A DNA stretch of 64,000 bases, from the NCBI GenBank assembly GCA_963668025.2, contig CAXXTH010000017.1, forward strand, positions 128,001 to 192,000, written 5' to 3'. A model generated the notes under the pieces. The model saw only the letters and a list, made by a program, of their open reading frames with translations, was not told where the DNA came from and ran no database searches. Positions 30,396-40,959 of this stretch are shown here, in pieces; position 1 is the first letter of the stretch; the number at the start of each line of letters is the position of its first letter. This DNA comes from Candidatus Hydrogenedentota bacterium (lineage in GTDB: Bacteria; Hydrogenedentota; Hydrogenedentia; Hydrogenedentales; SLHB01). The translations under genes and the position numbers were made by a program.

Positions 30396-31766
30396 CTAGG
30401 GCTTGCTCTCTTTTCGCAACGGCATTGTAATCAACACTTGCGTGCCCTGGCCATGGAAGCTATAGAGTTCAATGGAGCCGCCGTGCTCCTCAATGATACC
30501 GCGCGTAATCGAGAGGCCCAAGCCCGTGCCTGTCGGCTTTGTAGTGAAATACGGATCAAACGCGTGCTCGATGGATTCCCGGCTCATGCCCGGCCCATCA
30601 TCGCGCACCTCGATTTCACAGACGGAATCGTTCAAGCGCGAGAAAATGCGTACACGCCCTTCGGGCGGGCAGGCGTCCAGCGCATTGAGCAATACATTTA
30701 CGATCGCGCGCCGCCATTGCTTTTGATCAAGCATAAGCTCCGTGACGCCCGTACGCAATTCCGCGCTGAGGCGAATTTGCCGCGATTTGGCGTCTTGCTC
30801 GATGAGATGCACGCACTCTTGGAGCAGGCTATCCACATGGCAGGGTTCGGGCACGATTTCGCGTTCGCGCGCCAGCGATAGAAAGCTCGATACGATATCC
30901 TCGATACGGTCCACTTCCTCGCGGATCGTACGGATTTGCTTGGCGGCGCGTTCACTTTCGGGGGCATTGCCGAGGATATCAATCGTATGGCTTGACAGAA
31001 GCTTGATGGCGTTGAGCGGATTCCGCACATCATGGGCTACGCCGGCGGCCAGATTGCCTATGGCGGATAACCGCTGGGCCTGCCGCAACTTGACCTCCAT
31101 CACTTCCTTCTCCCGCAGCGATTCGACCATCTGATTGAACGTCCGCTCAAGCGCGAGCACTTCCCCGCTGCTTTTACGCATGGCTACGGTCTTAAGATCG
31201 CCCGAGCTGATTCGGGAACAGGTTTCCGATAATTCGCCCAGAGGCCGTAACGTTTTTCGGATGAAATAAATCATGAGCGTGAGCGCGACGATAAACACAG
31301 CAGTGATGGCGAGCAAGTTTTGATCTTTGAACGCCCGTACGATCTCCGTTTCGGGCGATAACGAGACCGTGGCGGTGAGTAGAATGCGCCGTCCTGCAAA
31401 GTGGAGCGTGGTCCGGGCGGTTTTTGTGACATTGCCGTTTTCATCAATCGTGACGGAAACCTGCGTGGGCACATCCACATCTTGCAGATCACGGAGCTCC
31501 ACGTTGGTGTAATCATTTTCGAGGTAGGGGGCGATTTTGCTCAAATCCTCATTTGGATGCGTGCTCAACTGCACCTGGATGTCGCCCGCAATGGCCTCCG
31601 TATGGGCGATCATCTCGGACTTGAGCCGCGAATAATAGTGGGTCGTAAGCAGATAGACGGCTCCCATGAGACACAACACCAACACCACGCACAATAGAAT
31701 AGTGCGAAAAATAAGCGAGTTGCGCCATCGTACGCGGACGGGGGGCGTTTGGATGTTTGAGTTCAT
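30396..31766 (-). CDS. Membrane sensor histidine kinase (HAMP-HisKA-HATPase)
   Basis: Two TM segments, AHDVRNPL, NALDA, DDGPG, GTGLGL. Confidence 0.93.
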   Translation of the reverse strand: MNSNIQTPPVRVRWRNSLIFRTILLCVVLVLCLMGAVYLLTTHYYSRLKSEMIAHTEAIAGDIQVQLSTHPNEDLSKIAPYLENDYTNVELRDLQDVDVPTQVSVTIDENGNVTKTARTTLHFAGRRILLTATVSLSPETEIVRAFKDQNLLAITAVFIVALTLMIYFIRKTLRPLGELSETCSRISSGDLKTVAMRKSSGEVLALERTFNQMVESLREKEVMEVKLRQAQRLSAIGNLAAGVAHDVRNPLNAIKLLSSHTIDILGNAPESERAAKQIRTIREEVDRIEDIVSSFLSLAREREIVPEPCHVDSLLQECVHLIEQDAKSRQIRLSAELRTGVTELMLDQKQWRRAIVNVLLNALDACPPEGRVRIFSRLNDSVCEIEVRDDGPGMSRESIEHAFDPYFTTKPTGTGLGLSITRGIIEEHGGSIELYSFHGQGTQVLITMPLRKESKP

Positions 31767-31775
31767 TCTGCTGGG

Positions 31776-32540
31776 TTATCCAAATAATGGGGTGTCCCCG
31801 GTTTCCGGCGGGTGGGGGTCTTCTTCGCCCTTGAGCACACGCATCACGGCCTTGACATCGTCGCTCACTTTCCAGCTTTCCGTTTTATATTTCTCTTTAT
31901 CCGGCTTGCAGTGGAGCAAATACGATGGATGGTAGGTCACACGGACGGGAATACCATGAAAGAAATGCCATTTGCCCCGCAGGCGGGTGGTGGATTCTTC
32001 CGTTTTTAACAAGGTTTTCGCCGCATGCCCCCCGAGGGCGCAAATCACTTTCGGATTCACGAGTTCGATCTGGCGGATTAAGAAATGTTCGCATTCCGCC
32101 TTCTCATCCGCACGCGGATCCCGGTTTCCAGGCGGCCGGCATTTCAATGTGTTGCAGATATACACCTCGCGGCGCTTGAGGCCCATGGCTTTTTCGATGA
32201 TGCGCGTGAGAAGCTGCCCCGCTGCTCCAACAAATGGCACGCCTTGCTGGTCTTCATCGGCCCCCGGCGCTTCCCCCACGAATACCACGCGCGCATGCGG
32301 ATCGCCATCGGAGAAAACCGCTTGTTTGCGCGTCTGGCTCAAGGAACACCGGGTGCAATTGCGGGCTTCTTCCGCCAGCACGGCCAGCTCCGACGCCACT
32401 GCGTCTTGCAAGCTGAGATTCTCCAACAATGCAACGACTTCCGGCGACAAGGATAGCGTTTGGCGGCGCGGATGGGCCGCTTGGCGCAACAACGCCTTGG
32501 TGTCTTCAATGATCTCGCGCATCAACTGGTCCCGGTCCAT
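31776..32540 (-). CDS. Uracil-DNA glycosylase, family 4
   Basis: CTRC, GEAPG, PFVG, KCRPPGNRDP, TYHPSY. Confidence 0.93.
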   Translation of the reverse strand: MDRDQLMREIIEDTKALLRQAAHPRRQTLSLSPEVVALLENLSLQDAVASELAVLAEEARNCTRCSLSQTRKQAVFSDGDPHARVVFVGEAPGADEDQQGVPFVGAAGQLLTRIIEKAMGLKRREVYICNTLKCRPPGNRDPRADEKAECEHFLIRQIELVNPKVICALGGHAAKTLLKTEESTTRLRGKWHFFHGIPVRVTYHPSYLLHCKPDKEKYKTESWKVSDDVKAVMRVLKGEEDPHPPETGDTPLFG

Positions 32541-32736
32541 GTAATGGCCTCCGTAAATAGGCATAGGATACCATAAATCGATGCAAAATGGTTCTGCATG
32601 CAAACGGTCAAACAGTCCAGGCAACAGCAGGGAACAGGCCATCCGCACTTCACCGTTCCAGAACTACACCACGATATGCTAAAATAAAAGCTAATAAAGG
32701 AGTAAACGCCGGGACAATGAGCAATGAGGTGTTGGC

Positions 32737-35736
32737 GTGCCTGATGACCAATTGATAGAGAAGCAGGAATATGAAGGCACCCCGCCAGGCCATGCCGCCC
32801 TCCCATTCAATATGGATGCCGTGGAAAAGCAGGCAGCCCCGCCCGCACCTGATCGAGAAAATGGGATCGAGCCTTTCGCGATCGTGGGCATGGGCGCTTC
32901 GGCGGGCGGATTAGAAGCACTTATACAGTTTTTCCATCATGCGCCCATGGACGGCGGCCTCGCCTTTGTCGTGATTCAGCATCTATCGCCAAACCTGAAA
33001 ACGCTCATGCCTGAGCTGCTTGCCCGGCATGCTGGCATGCCGGTGCAAACGGCCCAGAACAGCCAAGAAGTGCGGCCCGGCCATATCTATCTCATTCCGC
33101 CTGGGAAAAATATGACTATCCAGCAAGGACGCCTGATGCTGGCCACGCAGATTCGCACGCGGAAACCCAATTTTCCCATTGATGTTTTTCTGCATTCCTT
33201 GGCGGAAGATCAAGCCCATCGGGCCGTGGCCATCATCCTCTCGGGCACGGGCAGCGATGGGGTGCGGGGCATTCGCGCGATCAAGGAAGCGGGCGGCATG
33301 GTCATGGTGCAAGACGAAGAGACCGCCAAATTCGATGGCATGCCGCACAGCGCCATTTTGACGGGAATGGCCGATTATGTCTTGGCGCCTCGGAACATGC
33401 CGGCGCAGCTCATGAGCTACGCGAAAACTCCCCGTATCGAGACGCCGCGCATGGAACTCCAGATCCAACTGGATAAGGAGTATTTCATGAAAATTGTCGG
33501 TTTGCTCACCGCTCAAGGAAATACCGACTATTCCCAATATAAGCACACCACGATTTTGCGGCGTATCCAGCGTCGCATGAGCCTTAATCAAATCGATAGC
33601 ATGAGCAAATATTTTGCTTTTTTAAAACAGTCTCCACGCGAAACATCCGCCTTAGACCAGGAGATCCTCATCGGCGTCACGCGATTTTTCCGTGATCCCG
33701 AGGCGATGGCTTTTTTAGAGCAGAAAGTGGTCCACGAGTTATGTCGGCGGACGGAGCCGGGTGGCGCTATTCGGATTTGGACTCCAGGATGTTCGACCGG
33801 CGAGGAGGCTTACTCTCTTGCGATACTTTTTCTTGAACAAGCCAGCGTGTCCGAAAAACCCATCCATGTGAAGATATTCGCGACCGACATTGATCGCAAA
33901 GCGATTGAATTCGGCAGTGTAGGCGCATATCCCGAAAGCATAGAAACGGACCTCACCAGGGAAAGGCTGGAACGTTTCTTCATCAAGCGTGGCGGAACGT
34001 ACCAGGTGGGCCATCGCTTGCGGGAAACGGTCATTTTTACCCGGCACGATCTGTTGCGGCATCCGCCATTTTCGAAAATCAGCCTCATTTCCTGCCGGAA
34101 TCTTCTCATCTATTTCAAGCATGATACCCAGCAGCATGTGTTGTCGTCATTTCATTACGCACTCGAACCGGCCGACTATTTGTTTCTAGGGATGAGCGAA
34201 ACGATTGGCGGCCATGCGGCGGAATTCGAAGCCATTCACACCAAATACAGCATCTACCAGCGACGTGCGGCATCCATGGAGCATCCTGCGCGCAATCTGT
34301 TGCCCGCGGCTCCCCCTTCCGAAAAGCTGGATGCGGAATGGCTGCCCTGCATGAGCCATCTGGAGTGCAGTGCTTTCGATAGAAATACGCGCAATCCACA
34401 GCCCGCCGATGGCGTGCAAGGGAGCGTCTCGGAGGAGGCTGCCCGCCAGCGCATCGAGAAACTCGAAATAGAACTGAAATGCGTAAAAGCCCATTTGCAT
34501 GCAAGCATCAAGGAACTCGAAACCTCAAACGAAGAGCTTCAGGCCGTCCGGGAAGAACTCCAGGGCACAAATGAAGAATTGCAGTCCTTGAATGAAGAGC
34601 TGCACACGATCAATGCGGAGTATTTGGCTAGAAGCCATGAACTTGCCCTCCTGAATGATGATATAGAAAACTTGCTGCGCAGCATGAATGCGGCTTCCCT
34701 TTTCATCGACCAGGAGCTTCGAATCCGAAAATATTCGCCTGCCGCCAGCATGCTGTTCCACTTGATCCCCCAAGATATCGGCCGCACGCTCACCCATCTC
34801 TCTTTGACTTTTGGCGAATGCCGCTTGCTCGAGGAGGTGCATAAGGTGATGCAAACGCTGTCGCCCGTCGAAAGAGAGATTCGCACGGCGGCGGGCCGCT
34901 GGCTGCGCATGCGCATACTCCCCTATCGTACGGACATGGACCGCACCAATGGCGTAGTAGTTACCTTGGTTCCAATGGATGAACTCAGAAAAGCGCAAGA
35001 AACGCTGCAGCGGGAACGCGATGCCACGGCCCGGCAAATGGATGCAATCCCTCTGGGCATTGTGATGACGAATGTCCAGGGCGTAATCACTTTCATCAAT
35101 ACGGAAGCGGAAAAGATACTGGGCGTGCGTAAGGAATCCGTGCTGAAACGCCCGTGCCATGACGCAGGATGGAGATGGCGCCTGCCCGGCGGGCAGCGCA
35201 TGCCCGATGAAGAATCCGTGTTCCGCCGTGTGATGCATACGGGCAAGCCCGTGCAAAATGCGCGTTGTTTCATCGAAAGGCCCGATGGAATCCATATGAT
35301 GCTTTTAATGAATGCCGCGCCCATTTTGAATGGGCTTCAATATATAACTGGCGCTATAGCCACTATCCAAAACGAGGCCGCTTTATCTGAATCGATTGGC
35401 AACGGACAGGTTTCATCCCTAACCCACAGATTCGTTATAGCAGTCAATCGGGATTTCCAGGTACAATATTGGAGCCAAAACGCGGAGAACCTATTCGGAC
35501 ATATGAACAAAGACGCCCTCGGATTGCCTCTTAAGAAAGCATTGGGTGGCGGGAACGAGGAGTTCTGCTGGGATGCCGTTCGCAACGCGCTCAAAGCCGA
35601 ATCCAGTTGGGAGTCCGTGATAATGCTGCACACGGTGAGCAGCGCGCCCATTCAAATGTCCGTGCAAGCCGAACGAGTGGATATGCCGGGTTCCGGGATA
35701 GCCTATTTGTTTAGTTTTATACCAATTTCCAATTAG
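32737..35736 (+). CDS. CheB-CheR fusion with coiled coil and PAS domains
   Basis: GASAGG/QH/GSDG (CheB), TRFFRD/GCSTGEE/CRNLLIYF (CheR), SNEELQ coiled coil, three PAS-like domains, no kinase domain. Confidence 0.9.
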   Translation: MPDDQLIEKQEYEGTPPGHAALPFNMDAVEKQAAPPAPDRENGIEPFAIVGMGASAGGLEALIQFFHHAPMDGGLAFVVIQHLSPNLKTLMPELLARHAGMPVQTAQNSQEVRPGHIYLIPPGKNMTIQQGRLMLATQIRTRKPNFPIDVFLHSLAEDQAHRAVAIILSGTGSDGVRGIRAIKEAGGMVMVQDEETAKFDGMPHSAILTGMADYVLAPRNMPAQLMSYAKTPRIETPRMELQIQLDKEYFMKIVGLLTAQGNTDYSQYKHTTILRRIQRRMSLNQIDSMSKYFAFLKQSPRETSALDQEILIGVTRFFRDPEAMAFLEQKVVHELCRRTEPGGAIRIWTPGCSTGEEAYSLAILFLEQASVSEKPIHVKIFATDIDRKAIEFGSVGAYPESIETDLTRERLERFFIKRGGTYQVGHRLRETVIFTRHDLLRHPPFSKISLISCRNLLIYFKHDTQQHVLSSFHYALEPADYLFLGMSETIGGHAAEFEAIHTKYSIYQRRAASMEHPARNLLPAAPPSEKLDAEWLPCMSHLECSAFDRNTRNPQPADGVQGSVSEEAARQRIEKLEIELKCVKAHLHASIKELETSNEELQAVREELQGTNEELQSLNEELHTINAEYLARSHELALLNDDIENLLRSMNAASLFIDQELRIRKYSPAASMLFHLIPQDIGRTLTHLSLTFGECRLLEEVHKVMQTLSPVEREIRTAAGRWLRMRILPYRTDMDRTNGVVVTLVPMDELRKAQETLQRERDATARQMDAIPLGIVMTNVQGVITFINTEAEKILGVRKESVLKRPCHDAGWRWRLPGGQRMPDEESVFRRVMHTGKPVQNARCFIERPDGIHMMLLMNAAPILNGLQYITGAIATIQNEAALSESIGNGQVSSLTHRFVIAVNRDFQVQYWSQNAENLFGHMNKDALGLPLKKALGGGNEEFCWDAVRNALKAESSWESVIMLHTVSSAPIQMSVQAERVDMPGSGIAYLFSFIPISN

Positions 35737-35824
35737 GGAGTATCGGCAAACGTGAGTGCCTTGAACGAGAAATGAACCTGCAACGCATATAGCAGCATAG
35801 TGCGGGGCGAGATCGAGGGGCGTT

Positions 35825-37024
35825 ATGACTAAAATCCTCGTGGCCGACGATGATCCGGTGGCGCGGTATGTCTTGGAGGACACCTTATCGGAATGGGGCT
35901 ACGATGTAGTGCTTGCCGATAATGGGCCTGATGCGCTTCAGGTGCTTCTTGGGCCTGCTCCTCCGCAGATCGCCACGCTGGACTGGGTCATGCCGGGAAT
36001 GGAAGGCCCAGAAATCTGCAAAGCCATCCGGCGGCAGCCGCACATTCCCTTCATATACGCCATCGTGCTGACCATAAAAAACAATAAGGAAGAAATTGCC
36101 GCCGCGCTGGACGCTGGTGCGAATGATTTTTTATCCAAGCCCGTAGACATCGCCGAACTTCGCAGCCGGCTCGCGGTGGGCGTACGCACCATCGCATATG
36201 AAAAAACCTTGCTCGAGAAAAACGCGCAGCTCGACCAGTATGCGCGCGAAATGGAGTCGCTCGCCGAAGCGCGGGCCAAACAATTGCTCCATGCGGAACG
36301 TCTGGCGACGCTTGGCACGCTTTCCGCTGGCGTCGCCCACGAGATCGCCAATCCCGTTTCCTTTATTTCGGGCAACCTCAACACATTCGAGACCATCTGG
36401 GATTCCATCGAGCCTCTATTGCGGGAATGCCGGGAAAAAGGCATAGGCGACGCCAAGAAGCTCGATAACATCCTTACGGAAGCGCCTAATATTGTCCGCG
36501 GCATCGGCCAGGGCGTACAGCGCACCTTGCGCTTGGTGCGTTCGCTCAAAAACTATGCCCGCCGGGGAGGCGAAGAGCCTGGGCCATGCAATGTAAATGA
36601 TTGTATCGAGAATGCTTTCTGTTTGTGCCATAATCGCCTTAAGTATAATATCGAAGTGCATAAGAACCTAGACGCGGAGCTGCCTCTTGTACAAGGTGTT
36701 CCGCAACAGCTCGAACAAGTGCTGGTGAATATCATTATGAACGCCGCTGACGCCATGGAAGCCACCAGCAAGGCCATGCTGGATATCACAACGCGCCGGG
36801 AAGGCGGCTATGTGGTGATTGGCGTGGACGACTCGGGCCCGGGGATCCCGCCAGATAAAATGGGAGCCATATGGGAGCCTTTCTACACCAGCAAAGGAAC
36901 CGATCGGGGGACAGGCCTGGGCTTGTCCATTGTGCTCGGAATTATCGAGGAGCATCGCGGCAAGATCACGGCGACGAACCGCCCGGAAGGCGGGGCGCGG
37001 TTTATAATTGAATTGCCTATTTAG
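35825..37024 (+). CDS. Hybrid REC-histidine kinase
   Basis: N-terminal REC (ADDD, DWVMP, KP), AHEIANP, NAADA, DSGPG, GTGLGL. Confidence 0.92.
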   Translation: MTKILVADDDPVARYVLEDTLSEWGYDVVLADNGPDALQVLLGPAPPQIATLDWVMPGMEGPEICKAIRRQPHIPFIYAIVLTIKNNKEEIAAALDAGANDFLSKPVDIAELRSRLAVGVRTIAYEKTLLEKNAQLDQYAREMESLAEARAKQLLHAERLATLGTLSAGVAHEIANPVSFISGNLNTFETIWDSIEPLLRECREKGIGDAKKLDNILTEAPNIVRGIGQGVQRTLRLVRSLKNYARRGGEEPGPCNVNDCIENAFCLCHNRLKYNIEVHKNLDAELPLVQGVPQQLEQVLVNIIMNAADAMEATSKAMLDITTRREGGYVVIGVDDSGPGIPPDKMGAIWEPFYTSKGTDRGTGLGLSIVLGIIEEHRGKITATNRPEGGARFIIELPI

Positions 37025-37085
37025 GAAAATATCTCTTGCGCGTAGCGCGCCAAGTGTATAGCATGCAGCCAAAGGAGACTCTGTA

Positions 37086-37484
37086 ATGCGAATACTAATC
37101 GTGGAAGACGACGTGGCCAGCCGTTTTCTGATATCTGAATTGCTTTCTCCTTACGGTCTCTGCCATGTGGCCGTGGATGGGGAAGAAGCAGTGGCGGCCG
37201 CCGCTAAGTCTATCGAAGACGGCTTGCCTTATGACCTTATTTGCCTGGACATTATGATGCCGCGCAAAGATGGCAAAGAGGCGCTTATCGAAATACGCGA
37301 TATCGAAGCCCGCCATGGAATCCGGCCTGGCGACGGCGCGAAGATCATCATGACCACGACTGTTTCGGATTCGCGCACCATTATCGAGTCCTTCAACGAG
37401 CAGTGTGAAGCCTATCTTATCAAGCCGATTACAAAAGAGAAGCTCATCGAGCAACTCCGCGCCCTAGGCCTTGTGGAGCATTGA
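37086..37484 (+). CDS. Single-domain response regulator
   Basis: VEDD, LDIMMP, MTT, IKP. Confidence 0.9.
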   Translation: MRILIVEDDVASRFLISELLSPYGLCHVAVDGEEAVAAAAKSIEDGLPYDLICLDIMMPRKDGKEALIEIRDIEARHGIRPGDGAKIIMTTTVSDSRTIIESFNEQCEAYLIKPITKEKLIEQLRALGLVEH

Positions 37485-37490
37485 GGCGGC

Positions 37491-38138
37491 CTAGTCCGCC
37501 TCCGTGTCAGAGGGCGGGAGCGCTGTCTCGACACGCGGCTCGACATCCATCAGGGGAGGCTCCGTGGGGAAGGCAAATTCGAGTTGTTGATCGCGCACAA
37601 GCTTATAACGTTTGAGCAGCCGCAGCATTTGCAGGGCCGGAGAACCTGGATAACTGGCGTTGATGCTCACCCGGGAAAGCAGATCCTGTAGGATTTGAGC
37701 AAACTCGAGGACATAGTCAATCCCCGCATCTTTGAGCAGCGCCAGCGAGCGCTCGCGCAATTCCGGGGCTACCGGAAGCTCTGAAATCACAAGTATCTTC
37801 ACGTATGGCCGCTCGCTAAAAATCAATCCCGCAATTCCCTTCGACTCCGCCGCGTCAAACTGGGAGAACACGGGGCTCGTCTCGATCATGGAGGGGTAAA
37901 AGCGGTCGGCATGCCATGCCCGCACATGCACAATAGCGCGCTCGATAGCACATACTTGTGCGGAGCGCAATACGAATGGCATATTTCCCAAGGTGCGCGG
38001 CTGCACATTTTCCACAAATAGCTGGGGGCCGCATTCGCTGGCGCGCTGTTTCCAAGATTCCTGCTGCCAGTTGGTGAGCACACGAAACACATTGAGTTCA
38101 AAAAACTCACGTACAATCTGGAGATCGACATCGGCCAC
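37491..38138 (-). CDS. Conserved hypothetical protein, possibly a degenerate PD-(D/E)XK fold
   Basis: GTG start after GGAG; IVREFFELNVFRV..AIVHVRAWH; co-oriented with aroB and the TPR gene. Confidence 0.6.
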   Translation of the reverse strand: MADVDLQIVREFFELNVFRVLTNWQQESWKQRASECGPQLFVENVQPRTLGNMPFVLRSAQVCAIERAIVHVRAWHADRFYPSMIETSPVFSQFDAAESKGIAGLIFSERPYVKILVISELPVAPELRERSLALLKDAGIDYVLEFAQILQDLLSRVSINASYPGSPALQMLRLLKRYKLVRDQQLEFAFPTEPPLMDVEPRVETALPPSDTEAD

Positions 38139-38146
38139 GGCAGCGC

Positions 38147-38971
38147 TTACTCCGGCCTGGCGAGCGATTGGGCCAGCCGGTGTTCCGGATTGGCCTGTAG
38201 AATGCGCTCGCCCATCTCTCTTGCACGCGCCGTTTCGCCAAGCCGCTGATAACATATCCCCTGCTTGGCCAGCATATCGAGCCGGGTAAAGTTCTCGCCA
38301 TACGCGGAATAGATGCGGCCATCCTCCGCCCGGTCCGCGGCGTCACGGAAGCAATCCAGCGCCTGGGAGTATTTATCCCGCGCCAAGTTCAATTCACCCC
38401 TCAAATAGTAACTTTCCGGCTGATTCTCAGCGAGTTCCTGCGATTGACCGGCAAGTTCATCGGCTTGTTCGATGGACTTTTCCGCCAGCACCGTGTCGCC
38501 CGCCAATTTCGCGGCCCTTCCCAACAGGTACAGGGCGGGGAAATACGGCCCGCTAAACGCCAAGGAGCGCTTCGCCCATTCCACGGCGCTTGCCCAATCA
38601 CCTTCATTGAACGCCACATCTGCAATGCCAAACAACCCGCGGCTGTTCTGGGGCTCGGCCGCGATGACCTCTTCGAATTGGCGGCGCGCTTCCGCCGTAC
38701 GGCCTGCCGCGACCAAGGCATGGCCCATATCAATGCGCGCGGCGATGTGTCCCGGCTTTTCCGCCAGCACTTGGGAAAAGCGTTCCAAGGCGCGGCTTGT
38801 TTGGCCCATCCGCATATCGCACCGGCCCAATTGATACCGTGCGCCTAGATAGGACGGGTCCAGTTGCAGCGCTTTCTCGAAGTAGCGGACCGCTTCATCG
38901 AGCTGCCCGCGCATGCTGGCCGTCAATCCGTCATCGTAATAGCTTTCCGCGTTTTCACCGCCGAATGGCAT
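38147..38971 (-). CDS. Tetratricopeptide repeat protein
   Basis: Repeated A..YFEKAL.LDP..ARY.LG-type TPR units. Confidence 0.88.
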   Translation of the reverse strand: MPFGGENAESYYDDGLTASMRGQLDEAVRYFEKALQLDPSYLGARYQLGRCDMRMGQTSRALERFSQVLAEKPGHIAARIDMGHALVAAGRTAEARRQFEEVIAAEPQNSRGLFGIADVAFNEGDWASAVEWAKRSLAFSGPYFPALYLLGRAAKLAGDTVLAEKSIEQADELAGQSQELAENQPESYYLRGELNLARDKYSQALDCFRDAADRAEDGRIYSAYGENFTRLDMLAKQGICYQRLGETARAREMGERILQANPEHRLAQSLARPE

Positions 38972-38983
38972 ACGCTTGCTCCT

Positions 38984-40072
38984 CTATGCGCCGCGCAATG
39001 CTTCCAGAGCCCTGCGGGCTTGCTCCTCCGTGATATCGGTCCGGTGCGCCACATGGCCAAGATTATCGGGCACGATGAACTTCATTGCGCCCGCACATGC
39101 TTTTTTATCATGTTTCATGGCCGCAAGCACAGCGTCAACGGGCGCTTCCGGCCAGGACACCGGCAGGCCATATGTGGCGATGCATGCGCGCTGGCGCGCG
39201 GCAAAGGCCTCGTCCACCAGGCCTAACTCGCACGCCAAGGACGCGGCGCAGACCATGCCCAGCGCGACCGCCTCGCCATGAAGAAAACGCCGGTATTCGG
39301 TGGCGGCTTCAATGCCGTGGCCAAATGTATGGCCATAATTCAAATTGGCGCGCACGCCGTTTTCCCGCTCATCCTGGGCGACAATGGCGGATTTGATGCG
39401 GCACGATTCCACAATCGGCACTTCAAGCGCATCAAGCTCTTTCGCGAGAACCGCTTCGGCATGTTCTTCCATATATTCAAATAGCGCGGGATCCGCAATC
39501 ACGCCATGCTTGATCACCTCAGCCAGGCCCGCGCGCAATTCACGGCCAGGCAAGGAGCGCAGCAAAGGCATTTCGATGAGCACCGCCGAAGGCTGGTGAA
39601 AAACGCCTATCGTGTTTTTTCCCAGCGGGTGGTTCACGCCGGTCTTGCCGCCGACACTGGAATCCACTTGCGCCACAATGGTCGTCGGGATTTGGATGAA
39701 GCGAACGCCGCGCATGAAGCACGCCGCAGCGAATCCCGCTACATCGCCCACCACGCCGCCGCCCAGGGCAATCACGATGCTCGAACGGTCCAGCCCGGCC
39801 TCCAAGAAGCGGCCGCAGAACTCCTCGATGCGGTCCAGGCGTTTATATTCTTCCCCGGCGGCCATGACACATAAAACAGGCTCCGCGCCCGCCGCGCGCA
39901 CAAGGCCCGCGATGCGCCCGCCATATAACGGCGCTACATTGCTGTCCGTGCAGACCGCAACAGGCCCCTTCGCATTCAAATCCGCCAGCAATGCTGGCAA
40001 GCTTTCGAGGACTCCTACCCCAATGCGTATAGGATAGGAACGCGCTCCTAAGGCTACGGCCAGTTCGGTCAT
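38984..40072 (-). CDS. aroB: 3-dehydroquinate synthase
   Basis: GGGVVGD, PTTIVAQVDSSVGGKTG, LNYGHTFGH, HGEAV, DKK. Confidence 0.96.
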   Translation of the reverse strand: MTELAVALGARSYPIRIGVGVLESLPALLADLNAKGPVAVCTDSNVAPLYGGRIAGLVRAAGAEPVLCVMAAGEEYKRLDRIEEFCGRFLEAGLDRSSIVIALGGGVVGDVAGFAAACFMRGVRFIQIPTTIVAQVDSSVGGKTGVNHPLGKNTIGVFHQPSAVLIEMPLLRSLPGRELRAGLAEVIKHGVIADPALFEYMEEHAEAVLAKELDALEVPIVESCRIKSAIVAQDERENGVRANLNYGHTFGHGIEAATEYRRFLHGEAVALGMVCAASLACELGLVDEAFAARQRACIATYGLPVSWPEAPVDAVLAAMKHDKKACAGAMKFIVPDNLGHVAHRTDITEEQARRALEALRGA

Positions 40073-40390
40073 CGAAAAAATCCCTATGGGTTGAGGAGAG
40101 GTTTTTCATGTAAATGGTACCTTCCCCGATGCAGCCTGCGGGCCTATTCTACTGTTCATGCCACGCACGCCGCAAGCAGGCGAATAAACGGGGGCGTTTC
40201 CCATGTTCATTTGAAAAGCGCCAGGCGAAAAATGATGGAAACCGCTCTTCTACAGGTTCGACAGCGGCCTGGGCGCTTGTGTATTCTACTGGGAATGGGG
40301 GCGGTAGTTCGAATGAAAATGGAACGTCCATAAACAGGCAGCCGCCTTGTTTTTTGTAGAATCACTGGCAACGAAGAAGGATATAATTTC

Positions 40391-40945
40391 ATGAAAAGTT
40401 TTCACGCGATTTCCATGCTGCTTGTTTTAGCGTGCTGTGCAGGGTGCCCCCAAACGCCTCCCGATCCGAGGCCCGAGGGCGCTGTAGCGCCGTTTGACGC
40501 CCGGGGAACGTATCAAGGAACGTGGAGCGCCAATGGCGATCAGAACCAGGCGGATATAACGAATTGCACCATCACGATTACGATCACGTCCCATGCGATG
40601 AATCCAAGCCAGCCAGAGGGAGAAGAAGCCCGTGACCTTATTTCGGGCACCGTGGCCATTGACGGCGCTTGTCTTACGCTTTCCCAAAGCGCCGTACTAT
40701 CGACAAGCACCATGAATGTGGCGGGCTGGGTGACGCAGTCGGGGCAAATCCAGGTCCAATCCACGGGAACCTCCACGGGCGTGGCCCCCACTTCCATCTT
40801 GTTAGGGCCAGGCGCGGATACGACAAGCGATAAGCGCTTGGACAGCTTCACGGGAAATATTGGGCTGAATGTGGCGAATTACAGCACACAGCCGCCCACG
40901 TTCATCAACTCTTGGAGCGGCTCCTTCTCGACCGCACGGCAATAA
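40391..40945 (+). CDS. Hypothetical lipoprotein, beta-rich
   Basis: Lipobox LACCAGC followed by P; GTYQGTW. Confidence 0.7.
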   Translation: MKSFHAISMLLVLACCAGCPQTPPDPRPEGAVAPFDARGTYQGTWSANGDQNQADITNCTITITITSHAMNPSQPEGEEARDLISGTVAIDGACLTLSQSAVLSTSTMNVAGWVTQSGQIQVQSTGTSTGVAPTSILLGPGADTTSDKRLDSFTGNIGLNVANYSTQPPTFINSWSGSFSTARQ

Positions 40946-40959
40946 TTACGCGTCGAAGC

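Noticed and set aside
27997-31766. Sigma54 promoter for the NtrC-like regulator
   Set aside because: No convincing TGGCAC-N5-TTGC element seen in nearby intergenic DNA.
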